Below are positions 33,050 to 48,977 of a DNA stretch of 64,000 bases, one piece after another. The notes below the pieces were generated by a model. That model had not been told where the DNA came from. It made no database searches and saw only the letters and a list, made by a program, of their open reading frames with translations. Position numbers and translations under genes: made by a program. This stretch comes from the human T2T-CHM13v2.0 reference genome, Homo sapiens. The stretch lies in assembly GCF_009914755.1 (NCBI RefSeq), contig NC_060931.1; one strand, written 5' to 3'. Each line of letters begins with the position of its first letter. The stretch's first letter is position 1.

Positions 33050-34285
33050 GAGCATGACATATTTATCAGCTAGGCATAGCTAAAGAGATTAATTGGTAAA
33101 TTGTAAATAAGTTGATGAAGCATGGAGATTAAAAAAAAAAAGAAAGTGAGACATGTAAAAGGGCATAAGAGATATATGGCAGTCTGCAGAAAGATTTAAC
33201 ATATACATAATCAGAGTCCCAGAATGGGAGGAGAGAGGAAATGAGGAGAGGCAAACTTTGGGAAGATAATAGGTTAGAATTTTCCAAAACCGAGGAGAGA
33301 CACCAAATTACAGATTCAGGAAGTTCTGTGAAATCCAAGAAGAGTAAATAAAAAGAAAATTATCCTTGTATCACAGTAAAACAAAGACAAAAAGCAAGCA
33401 GCACCTCCATTGGCGGCACAGAAGGAAATGTCATATTTTTATATGTTCTTCATCATCACAACATTAAAATTACAACTGACATCTCAACAGAAATCATGGA
33501 AGAAAGAATTCAATGGACTTATACAAAGTACCAAAAATAAAACTAGCTACCAAACACTCTAGAATTCTATACCCAGAAAAAATATCTTCCAAAAGTGAAG
33601 GCACAGTAAAGACACTTTCAGATTAACAAAACTGAGATAATTCATTATATCAAATTCACACTAAAAATTTCTAAAGGGAATTCTACAGACTAAAAGAAAA
33701 GATGCCGAATGGAAATAAGAAAATGCAGAGATAAGAAAATGGAATAATATGAAATAATTAATCCAAGAAGAGGCAAGAACATAGAGAAAAGCAATCATAT
33801 AATAGTTGAGCCAAATAAAAAACAAATAGACAGCAGATAACATTTAAATGTATCAATAACTACCTTGAGTGTAAATGAACAAAATAAATATCAATCGTCA
33901 CACTGGATTTTAAAAACAAATTTTTAAAATAGCAACAATCAATGCTGCTTTCACAGGATACATCTTAAATATAAATGAACAGGGAGGTTGAAAGTAGAAT
34001 GGAAAATGTCTATATCATGCAAACATTAGCCAATAGAAAACATATGCAATTATAGCAATGTCAGACAAAGTAGGCTGCAGGACAAAATGCATTACTAGAG
34101 ATATAAAGGGCATCTCCTAGTGATAAACGATCATTCACCAGGGAGATATGACAATTCTAAATGTGTATGCACCAAATTAATATGCTTCAAAATATGTACA
34201 CAATTTAACAGATATAAAAGTGGAAATAGACATATCTACACTCATAGTGTGAGATTTTTAACATACCTCTCTCGGCAACTAATTT
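33050..34285 (+). mobile_element. Ancient L1M ORF1/ORF2-start remnants
   Basis: agaattctatacccagaaaaaatatcttccaaaagtgaagg (ORF1 C-terminal region) and degenerate endonuclease region. Confidence 0.65.
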
Positions 34286-35092
34286 GCATTTCTTTGGTTA
34301 TTAGAGGATCAGAATCGGTTTTGTGTTCTTAGTTTTTTGTGGTTATATATGAAACTGACTTCATATATTTCGCATGTTTTCCCACTGGAATGTTGCCTTT
34401 TTGCTTACTGATATGTAAGCCTTCTTTTTAAGATTTACTTTACGACATATGCTATAAGTGGTTCTTGCCAGCATTTGTCTTTTTATTTCATGAGTTTTGA
34501 AATTTTTGTAAAATACAATCTTAACATTTTAAGTGATGTTTCCTGCATTGTTTTCATTCCTGAAACCTAAAAGAGTGTGCTTTGACAGATTTATTTTTCC
34601 CTAGACAGAGTATTCTGAGTCTTAATATTGACACTATAGGTTCAAAGAAATTCACCTTATTTAAATAGAATCTATTCAAATTGTACTGAAATTGTTTGTG
34701 GGAATTTTAAGGGAGATCTTTCTTTCTACCTGAATGATCTTTCTTCCAAATCTTTATTTGTTTGACAAATATTTATCGAGCTTCTGTTCAGTGCCAGGCA
34801 CTGTTTCAGGAGCTAGGGATAAGGCAGGGATTCAAATGGACCTTACCTCCCCGCACATTCTGTTGGGAAGAAGGAAGCAGTAAACACATATAGGAACAAA
34901 CCTGTATGGCCTGTGGAGATGAACGCAACGGAGAAAGATAAGACTTTTGGGATAAGATGGCAGGTACACCTTGATCCACTGGCAGACTCTTTTTGCATCC
35001 TTCAAAATGTCTTGGCTGTCACCTTGCTCTGCGTGCTAACTTTGAGCCATGTCAGTTCTTCCACATTACACTGTGGAATTGACTTGAATTGA

Positions 35093-35777
<685 letters not shown>

Positions 35778-36343
35778 TGAAGTTTTTCATTTGTTTGAAC
35801 TCAAGGATAAGTGGCGAGACCCTGGAAAGTAGATCCCAGAGGTGGACTTAGAAATCCTAGGCTCAAATCTGTGCCCTGCCCCTGACTGTGGAGCCTTGGG
35901 GAGCTTGGTGGCCAGGCTCAGTAAACAGTACCTGGAGGAAAGAAACCAGCCAGGAGGCATCACCACTGTGGCAGATCCATCCTGTCTCAGAGATTCTCAG
36001 GAAAGGCAATTCTCATGAAAGCCGGCCACCTTTTGCCCTGCAGCCCCCACCGCCACTGTCTCCTGCTTGACGCTACCCAGGGGCCTGAGATCACAGAATA
36101 ACAAAGCTGCAGTTAGGGCCGAGGACTTTGATCCCCATATCTAGTTTCTCTGCAATAGTGCTCGGAAGGCCAGATAATCACAACAGAAGTCCGCACTGGT
36201 AGAAAAGGTGACAGAGCCAGTCGCGGTGATGTCTCCACACATTTATTTCCTTCTTAACTTGATCTATCCAGTTCCCACCCAAGAATCCACCCCTTCCCTG
36301 TAGTTCAGGTCTCTATTTAGTGATACCTGAGGAACTGTTCTTA

Positions 36344-36574
<231 letters not shown>

Positions 36575-37053
36575 CTAAATTCAAGAGAAGGTCCAAATGA
36601 AATCCCAAACATAGCGAAGGCATTGGTACCTACACTATTGGAAGACATATTGTTTTGTGTCCATAGTTTTCTTAAAATATGAGTCTGAAATGGCAAAATT
36701 CACTCTCCTTTGCTTAGGAGAAAACTAATATTTTTGACACCTGAGACCACCACTTCAGCTGTTGGTATGAGTTTGCCATTGGTGGGTCTATTTTGTGTAA
36801 CAGCAGCAGCTAACATTTCTGACCACTTCCCTGCGCCAGGTATTGTGAGAGCTTCTCCTCATGGACTGCCCCCAGCCTGGCCTAGGACGACTGCTCCTGT
36901 CTCTATCAGAGGAGAACGGCCCAGGGCACCAGCATGCAAGCCTGACTCTGCGTTCATATTCACTCGGACAGAGCGATTTGCATTTGTTTATAAAATAGGG
37001 GTGCATTTTCCTTGAGACTAAGAGATGCCTTAAAGGGTTTCTTTTGATTCCTA

Positions 37054-37746
<693 letters not shown>

Positions 37747-40528
37747 CTATGTTATCCCATTTAAGTTGTAAAAATAATCCCATTTTTGTGTTTTATCATC
37801 TTCAGGTGGGGAAACAGATGTGCAGAGAGGTTCACTAACTTGCCCCAAATCAGCAGCTAGGTAGGGCACGGTTAGGAGTGAGCCCACGCCTGCGCTTTTT
37901 AGGGTGCCATGGGCCTAGAAAGGTAGGGGCAGCGAGCACCTTCCCTCTTAAGTAAGTCGTAGAAGAAACCCATCTACCTACCAGTATGAAAGGACAGTAG
38001 AAAGGGCAAATAAAAGAAGGTAGGTTCTTGTTGACTCTGAAAAAGTTTATAACATGATAGGTTTTTACAGAGAAATATATAATAAAATAATTAAGTAGAA
38101 ATGCTAACCTCTCTTCTTAACATTTGATGCTCTCTTCATTGACCCTGATTTCTCATTTTGACTTTGCCTTGACACTACTTTTACTTATTCTTTTGAGCCA
38201 ACCCACATCCTTTGGTGGGACAGTAATATTGAAAGATAAATACATTTATTCATGTTTCTGTAGCACTAATGGATGGGTTCAAATATACAGATATATGCGT
38301 CTCTTAATTCAGCATCTAAAATGGGTACTTTATTTCCTTCAGGCTATATTTTCATGAGCAATGATTTTAGACATTGTTTTAGGCCAGGTTTACAAACCTT
38401 GGCCAGAGGAGAGAGAAGGGGAGAAACCAATTTTGGCTGGCAAAGCTAAATCAGCCATCCCAGGAAACCCAGGCTCCCTGAGAGCAGGCATTGTACCTTA
38501 CTTACACTTCTCCTATGTACCCCATCATTCCTGTCCCTGATTTCCTCCTGTCCCCCTATCTGCCCCCACACACATTTTGTTTGTCATGTCCCACCCATTC
38601 TCACTGGAAATGTAACATGAAAAGCCTGGTGGAAGGCACAATTCCCTGTTCTGATGCTTGACAAGCAGGCGTGACTGCAGCTTCCCCGGCTAAATTCTAC
38701 CCTCTGCTTGAAGCGTTGGAACGCAGGTGTTCATTCTCTGAACATTCTAATGAAATGAGTCACCATGAATCACCTGAATCACCATGACAACTCATTATGG
38801 CTTTTCTCTGGGGGGGATGGGGGAGCTTAGTTCATGTCCTAAGAGAAAATTCACCTTCTTAAGTCAACAAAATGATGTTTTAAAAGCCTGAAGGAGCAAA
38901 TCGTCAGTAGCACATCTAGAACCACACCACCCCGATGCCACCAGGGTGGCCTGGTGGCCTCAAGCATGATGTCAGGTGGAGCTCTCTGCACTTTGCTGGC
39001 AGCAGATCTTCGCGGAGAGAAGCACGGGGAGGGTGACATGTGGTACAGAGCAGGAACGATGGCTCTGTGCGATAGCAGCAGACAAAGGTTGCCATGGCAA
39101 GACTGCTCAGGAGGTAGGAGGGGATGCTGGTAAGGTCTGACGCTTCTGGCTGCTGATGCCGTGAGCAGAAATGTCCTTTCATCTTCAGTTTTTTTCGAAG
39201 CAAAAAATTGTCTTTTCTTCCACAAGAACTTTAAAACCCAATTAAGAGACCATTTTCCCAGACCACATTTGTCCAGCCTCAAAACAACAGTTTGCCATTT
39301 GACTCAGACACGCATCACTGCGCTGACGCCCACAGCTGTGATTACAGCTCTGAGGGGATCAATAATGCAGGCTGGCTCACAGGCTGTCACCAGGCTCCTG
39401 TGCTCTTTGGGGCCTCACCAATTACAGACAATCAGCCTTGTCTGCTGAGAAGGGTGAGCTTCCGGTGGCAAACACAGATCCCATTTCTTCCTTTCATCCA
39501 GAAAAAAACTGAGTGGATTGGGCTCACAGGAAGATTGTGTTAAAGCGGGGGCTGAGAGATGCCAGGAATATTCCTACCCAAATGCTAAAGACTTGTATGG
39601 TCTCTCAAAAATGAGGTTGTCTTTAATGAAACGAAAATGCAGCCCATAGTAGCATGCACATCTCTGGACACCAACCCAAGCCTATGGTCAGGGATGAGCT
39701 GGTGTAACAGTCATAACTCTGGTTGTCTTTCCTACTAGCCTTGGCTTTAATTCACTTTTGCTGCTATGCATGTTCTACTAACTTTCTGGGACTCAATATC
39801 CTCATCCATGAAAAAGATTGTCCATAATCCAATCAATCTTCATAAATACTTTGAGGATGAAGACAATAACACAAAGCACAAGACATAGGCTAAAACATAG
39901 CCAAGCTCATAATTGCTATTCAATGAAAAGTAGCTCTTATTATAATAGACACAGCTTATATTATGAGGGATTGATAAGATTTTTTTGAGGAGTATATAAT
40001 TAGAGGAATCATCTGCTGAAAAAATTGAATATGAAATTGTTTTTGTTATAAGATGCAATGACCTAGAAATGCTTCAATTTTTGTTTTGTTCCATTTGGAT
40101 TTAGTGGGGAGCATGAATGTTAAACATGAATACAGCCAGGAGAGTCCTAGGAGGAAGGTGATCATCTTGGAAGATTGTTGCACTTCATCCTAAAGGGTGT
40201 CCTCCAAAATTTTTTTTATAAGAATGGAAAATTTGATGCAACACAAATATCTTAGGTATTATTTATATATTTATATAGATTGTGATGCATCATAGAAAAT
40301 CATGGAGTAATACTTTTTTCAAACAATATTTAAATAGTGGGAAATGCTCACAATAAAATGATAAGGAAAGCACCATGCAGAAAATCCATATGCGTAGTAT
40401 CATTTCAATTTTGTTTGTATACATATATTCACATGTAGATACTGAAATAACACAGGGAATATGACAAGAAAGCTCCTGTGTCTTTTCATTTTTACCATGA
40501 ATGTCCAGTATCTAGGTGGAAAGGGGAC

Positions 40529-40826
40529 TTTTTTTTTTTTTTTTGAGACAGGGTCTCACTCTGTCACCCCGACTGGAGTGCAGTGGCATGATCTCAGCTC
40601 ACCTCAACATCCACCTCCTGGGTTCAAATGATTCTCCTGCCTCAACCTCCTGAGTAGCTGGGATTACAGGCACATGCCACCATGTCCAGCTAAGTTTTGT
40701 ATTTTTAGTAGAGATGGGATTTCACCATGTTGGCCAGGCTGGTCTTAAACTCCTACCTCAAATGATCCACCCGCCTTGGCCTCCCAAAGTGTTGGGATTA
40801 CAGGCGTGAGCCACCACACCAGGTCC
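40529..40826 (-). mobile_element. AluS
   Basis: Full reverse Alu. Confidence 0.95.
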
Positions 40827-41084
40827 ATAATCACATAATCATGTGGAGAAAACCATGAAAAGCTTCCTAAAATATAGAAGATAACAAAAAAGGGAAATAT
40901 CGAAAGAAAGAGAGAAATCATGGAAGAGGTACCCAATCTGTGGAAAATTGAAGTCCCTGAAAAAGAGTGACGTGGCCCACAATAACTAACATACAGTAGA
41001 AGAAAAATCTCCACACTGCACAGAGCTGAGTCTTGAATCAGCAGGGCTCACCAAATGCTAGGGAGGGTCAAAATGAGGGGAACA

Positions 41085-41853
41085 GTCTGGGTGCAGTGGC
41101 TCACTGCTGGATCTGTCCTGCAGACCCTGGCCGATGGAGGAAATGAGTGCTCAGACACAGGTATGCAGTGTAAGAGCAGCTAAGTGACTGCCTGGCTCTA
41201 GTGGCCAGAGAGCAGCCCTGAGAAGCTGGAGCAGCTTGCTTTTATTGAGTGCAAGCACAATGCTGAAAACCTGGAGCAAACACAACCTGTAGATAATTAA
41301 CATTTATTGTTCCCCTTTCAGGGAATGTCACGTGCAAGGATGTTCCGAGGTCAGTTCCTGGACAACTTCTAACAAACAAGCTTGACCAAGATAAATTCCC
41401 CTACACTCCCTTGTACCTACTCCTTATCCTCTGCCTCAGGGTTATAGAACAGCTGCCTTCAGCTATTCTGCCATGGAGCTTTGCAGAGCCTTCTGACCTT
41501 TCAGAAGGCCTGCTCCTTTTCCCTATAGTTTCTCCCACCACTCTGACCGATCTCCTACAGCTCACACCTGTAATCCTAGCACTTTGGGAGGCCGAGGTGG
41601 GTGGATCACCTGAGGTCAGGAGTTTGAGACCAGCCTGGGCAAAATGGCAAAACCCTGTCTCTACTACAAATACAAAAATTATCCATGCATGGTGATGGGT
41701 GCCTTGTAATCCCAGCTTCTTGGGAAGCTGAGGCAGGAGAATGGCTTGAACCGGGAGGCAGTGGTTGCAGTGAGCTGAGATCGTGCCACTGCACTCCAGC
41801 CTGGGCGACAAGAATGAGACTTCGTCTAAAAACAAGACAAAATAAAAAAAAAA
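41085..41853 (+). mobile_element. AluS (Sq/Sx-like) split by an LTR after its first 20 nt
   Basis: gtctgggtgcagtggctcac [LTR] gctcacacctgtaatcc; Alu TSD aaaatgag(g/a)ggaaca. Confidence 0.92.
41105..41559 (-). mobile_element. Solo LTR, LTR22-like (HERV-K HML-5)
   Basis: TG...CA termini, 6-bp TSD gctcac (typical of ERVK); minus strand begins TGTAGGAGATCGGTCAGAGTGGTGGGAG; AATAAA at 41241-41246 (minus). Confidence 0.8.
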
Positions 41854-42376
41854 AATGAGAGGAACAAATGGAAAAGAAATGGAAAAGTAGACCTTGTCCC
41901 GTGTATAAAACTAAAAGAAAAAGTAAGTCGGCCACCAACATCGAGGCCTCTTGTAAAGGGTTAGACCATGCATGCCCTTGCCTGGAATCAAAACCACGCC
42001 CTCTGCAGGCACGCAGCTGTCCCACTGGGTCCCTGAGTGCTGCTGCCCTCTGTCCCCTGGAGAATCAGGACTGATGTTCCAGAGGCCAGAAAGCCATCTG
42101 GCCCTCACCAAGGCAAAGTGCAGCTGACAGAGCACTGGCTGCGGACAGTGTGCAGTAGCCCCCTCCCCTCGCTGGAAGGGCACCTGTGACAGCCTATCCT
42201 TGCTGTGATCTTGGCCAAGGAGGCTTCTCCAGCTGCATACTCACTGACCAGAAGAAAATTGTGCTGGGACTGAAGCATGATTCATTTGCTGAATCATTGC
42301 TGAGTCATTGTTGCTGCTACGTAGAATGGTATGGTTCACAGCAACGTATTGAAGCTTTGCTTACAACATAGCTGAC

Positions 42377-42676
42377 GTTTTCTTTTCTTTCTTTTTTTTT
42401 TTTCTTGATGGAGTTTCCCTCTCGTCAACCAGGCTGGAGTGCAATGGCAAGGTCTTGGCTCACGGCAACCTCTGCCTCCCAGGTTCAGGCAATTCTCCTC
42501 CCAAGTAGCTGGGATTGTAGGTGCCCGCCACCACACCTGGATAATTTTTGTATTTTTAGTAGAGACAGGGTTTCACCATGTTGGCCAGGCTGGTCTCAGA
42601 CTCCTGACCTCAGGTGATCTGCCTGCCTTGGCCTCACAAAGTGCTGGGATTACAGGCGTGAGCCACTATGCCTGAC
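42377..42676 (-). mobile_element. AluS
   Basis: Reverse Alu. Confidence 0.93.
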
Positions 42677-42947
42677 ATTTCATTTTCCTCAGCTCCCCAT
42701 TTAATATCACTTATGTCTGATGGAAAAAGAGATAACCAAAGAATGCGAAGGAGGAGCACGTGGAGGGATGACTCTGAGCCTGGCCACAGGGCCTGTGGGT
42801 CATGGAGAAGGCAGTCATCAGTCCCGGCATGTGGCCTATTCAGGAATCTGGGTGTCATCCGGATGAATTAGCGTTCACATTTTTTGGCCCAGAGTCTAGG
42901 AATAGGCATTATAAGCAAGTTCCCTCCATGACTCTGAAGCACACTGG

Positions 42948-43957
42948 ATGTGGTAGGCACATTAATGCACCCTCATTCCCAGAGATTTCAGGTCTTGGTC
43001 CCCAGAATCTGTGACTGTTTCCCTTCCAGGGAAAAGGTGACTTTGCTGATGTGATTAAGTTAAGAACCTTGACTTGAGAGATTATCTCAGATTGCCTGGA
43101 TGGACCCAATCCAATCATATGTGTCCTTAAAAGTGGAGACCCACTTTCCGATCTTATATGTGGTCACAAGGAGATGCGACCAGGAAAGTGTGAAAGGAAA
43201 ATAAATCTTGGGACCCCCAAATCACTAAGCCAAAGGGAAAAGTCAAGCTGGGAACTGCTTAGGCCAAACCTGCCTCCCATTCTATTCCTAAAAGAGATAG
43301 CTACTAAGATAAAAAGCTACATGCCTCCCTCATAAGGAATTTCCTTTTGGATGAAGGACAGACAGAACTCAAAGTCACCCCTCTGCCCACTGAGATAGCT
43401 GCACATCTGATGGCCTCCTTTGGAAAGGCTAATCAGAAACTCAAAAGAATGCAACCAATTGTCTCTTATCTACCTATGACCTGAAAGCCCCCTCCCTGCT
43501 TTGAATTGTCCCACCTTTCCAGACCAAACCAATGTACATCTTACATCTCATGTCCCCCTAAAATGTATACAACCAAGCTGTGCCCAACCACCTTGGGCAC
43601 ATGTAGTCAGGATCTCTTGAGGCTGTATCACAGGCACGCATCCTTAACTTTGGCAAAATAAACTAAGTTGACTGAGACCCATCTCAGATATTTGGGGTTT
43701 ACAAAAGAAAGGTCAGAAAGATGGGACACAGCTGGCTTTGAAAATGGAAATGGGGCTGTGAGCCAAGGAATTTTGGAAGCCTCTAGAAGTCAGAAGAGGC
43801 AAGGAAGCAGATTCACCCCTGGAGCCTCCAAGGTGTCAACTTTGGTTTTAGCCCAGTAAGACCCAGGTCAGACTTCTGATGTACAGAACTGTAAGATAAT
43901 CAGTTTGTCTTATTTTGAGCCACAAAATTTGTCACAACATCAATAGAAACAAATACA
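42948..43957 (+). mobile_element. MLT1D-like LTR interrupted by a MER4A-like LTR
   Basis: tgtggtaggc...gactttgctgatgtgattaagttaag...caatagaaacaaataca. Confidence 0.8.
43189..43703 (+). mobile_element. MER4A-like ERV1 solo LTR
   Basis: tgtgaaaggaaaataaatcttggg...ggggtttaca; 4-bp TSD aaag. Confidence 0.85.
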
Positions 43958-44554
43958 TAAAATTATCAGTCTTGTTGCTCATTCTCAGGACTGGAAGTGG
44001 AGAGACTTGCTTGCTAGTTTCGCGTGGCCACACTGGCCATGTGCTCTGCACAAAGGTGTTCTCCAGTGTGTGCCTCACTGTCCTCATCCACTGAATGGGC
44101 CTTCACCAATTCTCAGAGCCTTGTGAAAGACAATATCTGAAAAGGAAGCCCCTTTTTCCCAAAGTTAACAATGCTTTCCTAATGAGACTATCATCTACTT
44201 GAAAAATGATTAAGGGAGAGTACTGGGTTCAATATAGTTCATATTCCATGCTAGGAAGTTGTTTTTTTTTTTTTTTTTAATGCATCAAGTCCAAGTCATC
44301 CCAGTGCCATTTGTCCTGCAACCCCAGTGGAATAGAAATTCCATCATGATTGTCTTTTGTCTATCTTGTTCCCTGGTGTAAGCTCTGACACACAGTCACT
44401 CTCAATAGATACATGTTACATGAAGAAAATGAATTCAGTTGCTGCATAGAAGCAGCAGCATCTTTAAGTAAATGATTGGTTCAAAGACAAATAGTATTTA
44501 TAGCCTCTGAAGCCTGGTCACATCTGCCACCTGTGCTGTCCTCCGAGGAATATC

Positions 44555-44755
44555 ACAGGCTCTGAGCCACACAGAGTCTGTAGCTGGAAGCCATGGGGCA
44601 AGCTACCTAATGTTCTGGACCCTAGTTTCCTGTCCTGTAAAAAGGGCTATTAAAATGTTTCTTCACTTGTAAAAAGGGGTACTAAAATGCACAGTGTTGT
44701 TGTGAGAATTAAATGAGTTAATGCCTGGAAAATGCTTAGGCACAGTGGCCGGCGA
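44555..44755 (+). mobile_element. MIR
   Basis: tgttgtgagaattaaatgagttaatg...tgcttaggcacagtg. Confidence 0.7.
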
Positions 44756-45082
44756 TGGGGAACCCCACACAAACGATAGTTGCTGTAGTTGTTACTTCCA
44801 CGCACCTGCTGTGAGATAGCGGCTGTGCTACCTACCATAGCTAGGGGCCTGGGGAACTGAGTGCCCTGCCCTGGGGAAGCGAGTGAAAGACAGCACTGGG
44901 ATCCTAATCCAGATCCTGCCAATCCCAAAGCCAGCATTTTCCCAAGAGCTCGGTTTTGTTTATTCTCCAGGAGAAATTTGAGGAACTAACAAGAAGCATG
45001 AGTGCCTCTTTCCCCACCTGCGGCTACAGTCCTGTGCAGAGCCCATGCATCCCAAAAGTGGCCCTCACAGCTCCCACCTTAC

Positions 45083-45202
45083 CTGGATCACTCCTCCCCC
45101 TTCTCCAGCTTTCTCATTCAAAAATGCCTTTGGTAGTTCCAGCATCTTCCCGAGCCAGTCCATCATCACAGTCTCCAGCTCTGTGCATGCTGGGCTTGCC
45201 GC
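45083..45202 (-). CDS. DDC: DDC exon 4 (120 nt), [40 protein letters not shown]
   Basis: Manual translation; AG at 45203-45204, donor GTAAGG at 45082. Confidence 0.98.
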
Positions 45203-47137
45203 CTGTCGTGGGGGAAGGGAAGGGATTAACCGAGGGCCAGGCATTGCAGAATTTGGGGGTCAGCAGTAACAAGGGGATTTAACCTTCCACTAAAGCCCAG
45301 ATTAAAATCACCCAATCTCAGATGTGATTCAAAGGCCTGAAGGCTGTTTGACCTAGAATCATGCAAGGAGAGCGGTTGGGAAGGAACATACGGGCCACCA
45401 TAATGAACCTTACTCCACTGAGCCTCACTGCATGGGCTCTGCGGGCTTGCTAGGATATTCATTTGTTCACTCACAGAAGGGTCCAGAAAGCCCACTGGTG
45501 GACTTTCCTCCGTAGTCACAAATGAAGGGAATGAGAAAGTGGGCGCTGGGCAGCTGTCACCCTCTGGGCATCCCGAGAAGCCATTGATCTTGTCTTTTAA
45601 ACTCCCAGTGACTTTTCTCTATGAACTCTCCCCTCTCTCTGAACAGGCTGGTCTTGAGCCCCATCCAAAGGTGGATTGAGTCTCCACCTTCACAAAAGTC
45701 TCCAACATAAGGGGTCCAAGATGTTCTCGTGCCTAGATGTGCACAGCAACATCCCGATGCGTCACCAGTAAGATCTAAGTGAGAAGAGTGCATTCTCCCT
45801 TCTGGTCAGCCCCATCCTGCTGGGTTCTACCTGAGCCTGGCCAAGCCCAGCTCTACCAGGAGCCTATGCTCTCTGCTAGGGATGAGGTATCAGGCAACGC
45901 AGCCTGAGAGATAGTGAGGCACTCCCTTCAAGGCCTGAGGGCAATCAGACTGTCCCAGAATGAGCAGATAGAGATGGATGCCAAGTACCTCTGTGGGACA
46001 GAATGGATTTGGACCAGCAGAGCTAAATGAAATCTGCTGCAATATCCAGTGATAGAAAATGCTCTTTAGGAGAGGGTATGCTCAGCCCAGGCCAGCCCTG
46101 CCCAGCAGAGAGGGAGGCCCCAGTGCCTGGCAGAGGAGCAGCACAGACACTGAAGAGCCCATCTGTGGGCTCTTCAGCCCTGCCTGTAGGGCCCATGATG
46201 CCTGCTCACCCAGCAACTTCCAGTGCCCCAGCCCAGAGAAGAGCAAGTGCCAGGCTGGTGAAGCAGAGGTGGCTCAGCTGGGCCCTGTGGCTCAGTGCTG
46301 CAAATTCCTAATTGACAGCTCCTTTACACATCACAGCATGCCACATAGACCGATGCCCACAAGTCCACCTGGCTCCAAGCCACAGACAAGGTGAGTGCTC
46401 TGGACCCCAAAGGCCAAGGACAGCCCCTGGCTTTTGAGGAACTCCCCAGGGTGCAGCAGCCCTCGGACACTGGCCATCAGCAGGCAGCTCTACCTCCAAG
46501 CTCTCTGCATTTGGGAGGAATGCATCTTTCCTGTAATCTGTGCCTGGAGCACAGAGTCACGGGCAGAGCCAGCCCTGCCTACCGTTCTTCTGAGTAGGGA
46601 CTTTTTTAGGCATTTTACCTCCAGATAGGGTGGGACTGGTGGTTTGCAGGCAGGAGCTAGGCCCTTTTCCAGAGACCCCCCTGCTCCAAGGCTCTGGACA
46701 CATCTGATAGGCTGGTTGGAGCCTCTCCCCGGGCAGCAGCCCTGGTGGAGAACAGAAGGAATGAGACAGGGGCAGTCGCGGTTCTCAAGCTTTGGAGGAT
46801 ATAGAAATTCTCTGAGCTGCTTGGAGAAATGCAGATTCCCAGGTTCGAGCTGCAGAAACTCTGGGCCCCAGACCATGATGTTAGTTCATACCAAGTGCTT
46901 CCAACACAGCCTGTGCAGAATGGGCTTTGAGTTGTTGAGACTTTCTCTGTTCTCAATCGCTACTTTCTCAGAGGCACTCTCTCTGGGCTGAATCCTTTCT
47001 CCTCCCTGCAACAGTAGCCCGTCTGCCCACAGACAGCACCGCCATCTGCTCAGGTCCCTTGTGCATAGGTACCGTGTCCCCACCCCGGGATCCCACCACA
47101 GCCAGGACCCCTTCCCGAGGTGCATCCGGACCCTCAC

Positions 47138-47251
47138 CCAGGAGAAGCCGATGCAGCCAATGGCCCCGCACAGCATGTCCGCAAGCATGGCCGGGTACGA
47201 GCTGGCAGTGGGGAAGTAGGCGAAGAAGTAGGGGCTGTGCCAGTGCGTCAC
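47138..47251 (-). CDS. DDC: DDC exon 3 (114 nt), [38 protein letters not shown]
   Basis: Within ORF 46886..47257; AG at 47252-47253, donor GTGAGG at 47137. Confidence 0.98.
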
Positions 47252-47698
47252 CTGCATGGGAGGACAGAGCAGCTGCTGAGGAGTGAGGAAAGCCAGGCCT
47301 CAAGAGAGCGGGGGACCCAGGTACCCCCATGGCTCCCAGCTGCCAGATGCAGCCAGACCCAGAGTTAGGTGAGTGCAGTTCCCCAAATGTCAGCCATCCC
47401 ATTACCTTCCTCCATTATTTCGGAGCATTTACACATCACCTTACTGTCCCCACTCCCTTTAAACCAGCTCCCTTTTTGACACTGGAATGTATTTGCTAGC
47501 TCAGAAGGAAAAGTTCTATCTCCAAAATAAAGTGGAAAATCCTTATCATTTTCCATAACAAAAGAAGTCTCAAAAAACCACACTGTGCTTCAAGTTCTTG
47601 CTCCGGTGCTCTCGTCAGTGAAGGCGCTGCCCCAAGGCTGATCTCTTTGTGCCAAAAGCTTAGTTTTCCTAAAACTACTCTAAAAAATAAAGTCTCCA

Positions 47699-47731
<33 letters not shown>

Positions 47732-48619
47732 AAGCTCTGGATTTTCGAGGTTTCTTCAGTCAAGCCACAAACATGCATCTGGTCTTCCCGCTGCCCCTGG
47801 CTCTTCTAGAGGAGCTGAGGCCTTCCCTCCAGCCAAGCAGCTGGATCACCCCACAGATGTCTCACCTCTGCTGTCCCTCAGCCTGGCCACTGCCCCTTGC
47901 CATTTGCCCTGGCTAGGGGCATCCCACCTTTCTCCAGCCCATAAGGTGAACACCTGCCACTCCCTGGGTGAGGCACAGAGGAAAAGCTCATGTGGGCCAG
48001 GGAGGAGATCCATAAGGGGTAGTGACAGCTCCAGGTGGTATACTTGGGGACAGGGGGTTTCAGGATCCAGGAGGCAAGGGTTGTGGTGGACACCCAGGCA
48101 GGGAACATTTAGCAATGGTAACAAGGGGCCAGCCTCAAACATCTTGGAGTCTGGGAGGACGATCAGGGGAGGACAGAGAAGGAGCAGGTGTAGCCTAGTC
48201 TTTGGGTCTTTAATTTGTTCCTGCCAATGCAGTACCTGCCCTGAAGGAACAGAATAAAGTCCTAAAGCCCTCAGGACAACCCTCAGCCCCTGTGCATGGA
48301 GAAGGTATAGAAATTGCCATTCAGACCCCTCTCAGGCTGTGACCACGCACTGGTTTCTGAGAGACATTGCCCTGTTCCGCATTGTCCCCTGCTGGTGCTC
48401 CATGTCCATCCTGCCTGTGGGAATAGCATGGTGTTGGGAGCACCCCTGGACTGCAAGTCCAGCAGGAACCCTGATTTGCTGGGTTACCCCAGACAACTGA
48501 CTGCACCTCCCTGGGCCCTGTCATCCCTTCAGATAAAATGAAAGCACGTGCTCTGATGCTTCCTCCAGGTCTGGCTCAGAATCCCAGCAGCAGAGGATAT
48601 GCTCTATCGGGCTTGGCTG

Positions 48620-48977
48620 CTCTGCTCTGAATGTGAGTATCTGCACACCATTCGCGTCGAAATCCTAACCCCCAAAGTGATGGCATTAAGGGACAGCGTC
48701 TTTGGGAGGTGATTAGGGCATGAGGGTGGGGTCCCCTTAATAAGATTAGTGCCCCCCAACAGTGGGATTAGTGCCCTCATAAGAAAAGGCAGAGAGCTGG
48801 CTACCTCTTGGTTACGTGAGTACACACTGGGAAGACGGCTGTCTGTAAACCAGGAAGAGAGCCCTCACCTGAACCTAATATCTTGATCTCAGACTTCCTG
48901 TCTCTAGAACTGTGAGAAATCAATGTTGTTTAAGCCCCCAGTCTACGTCCTTTGATATAGCAGTCCAAGCTAAGATA
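48620..48977 (+). mobile_element. MLT1A-like LTR
   Basis: gaaatcctaacccccaaagtgatgg...gaactgtgagaaat...gctaagata. Confidence 0.8.
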
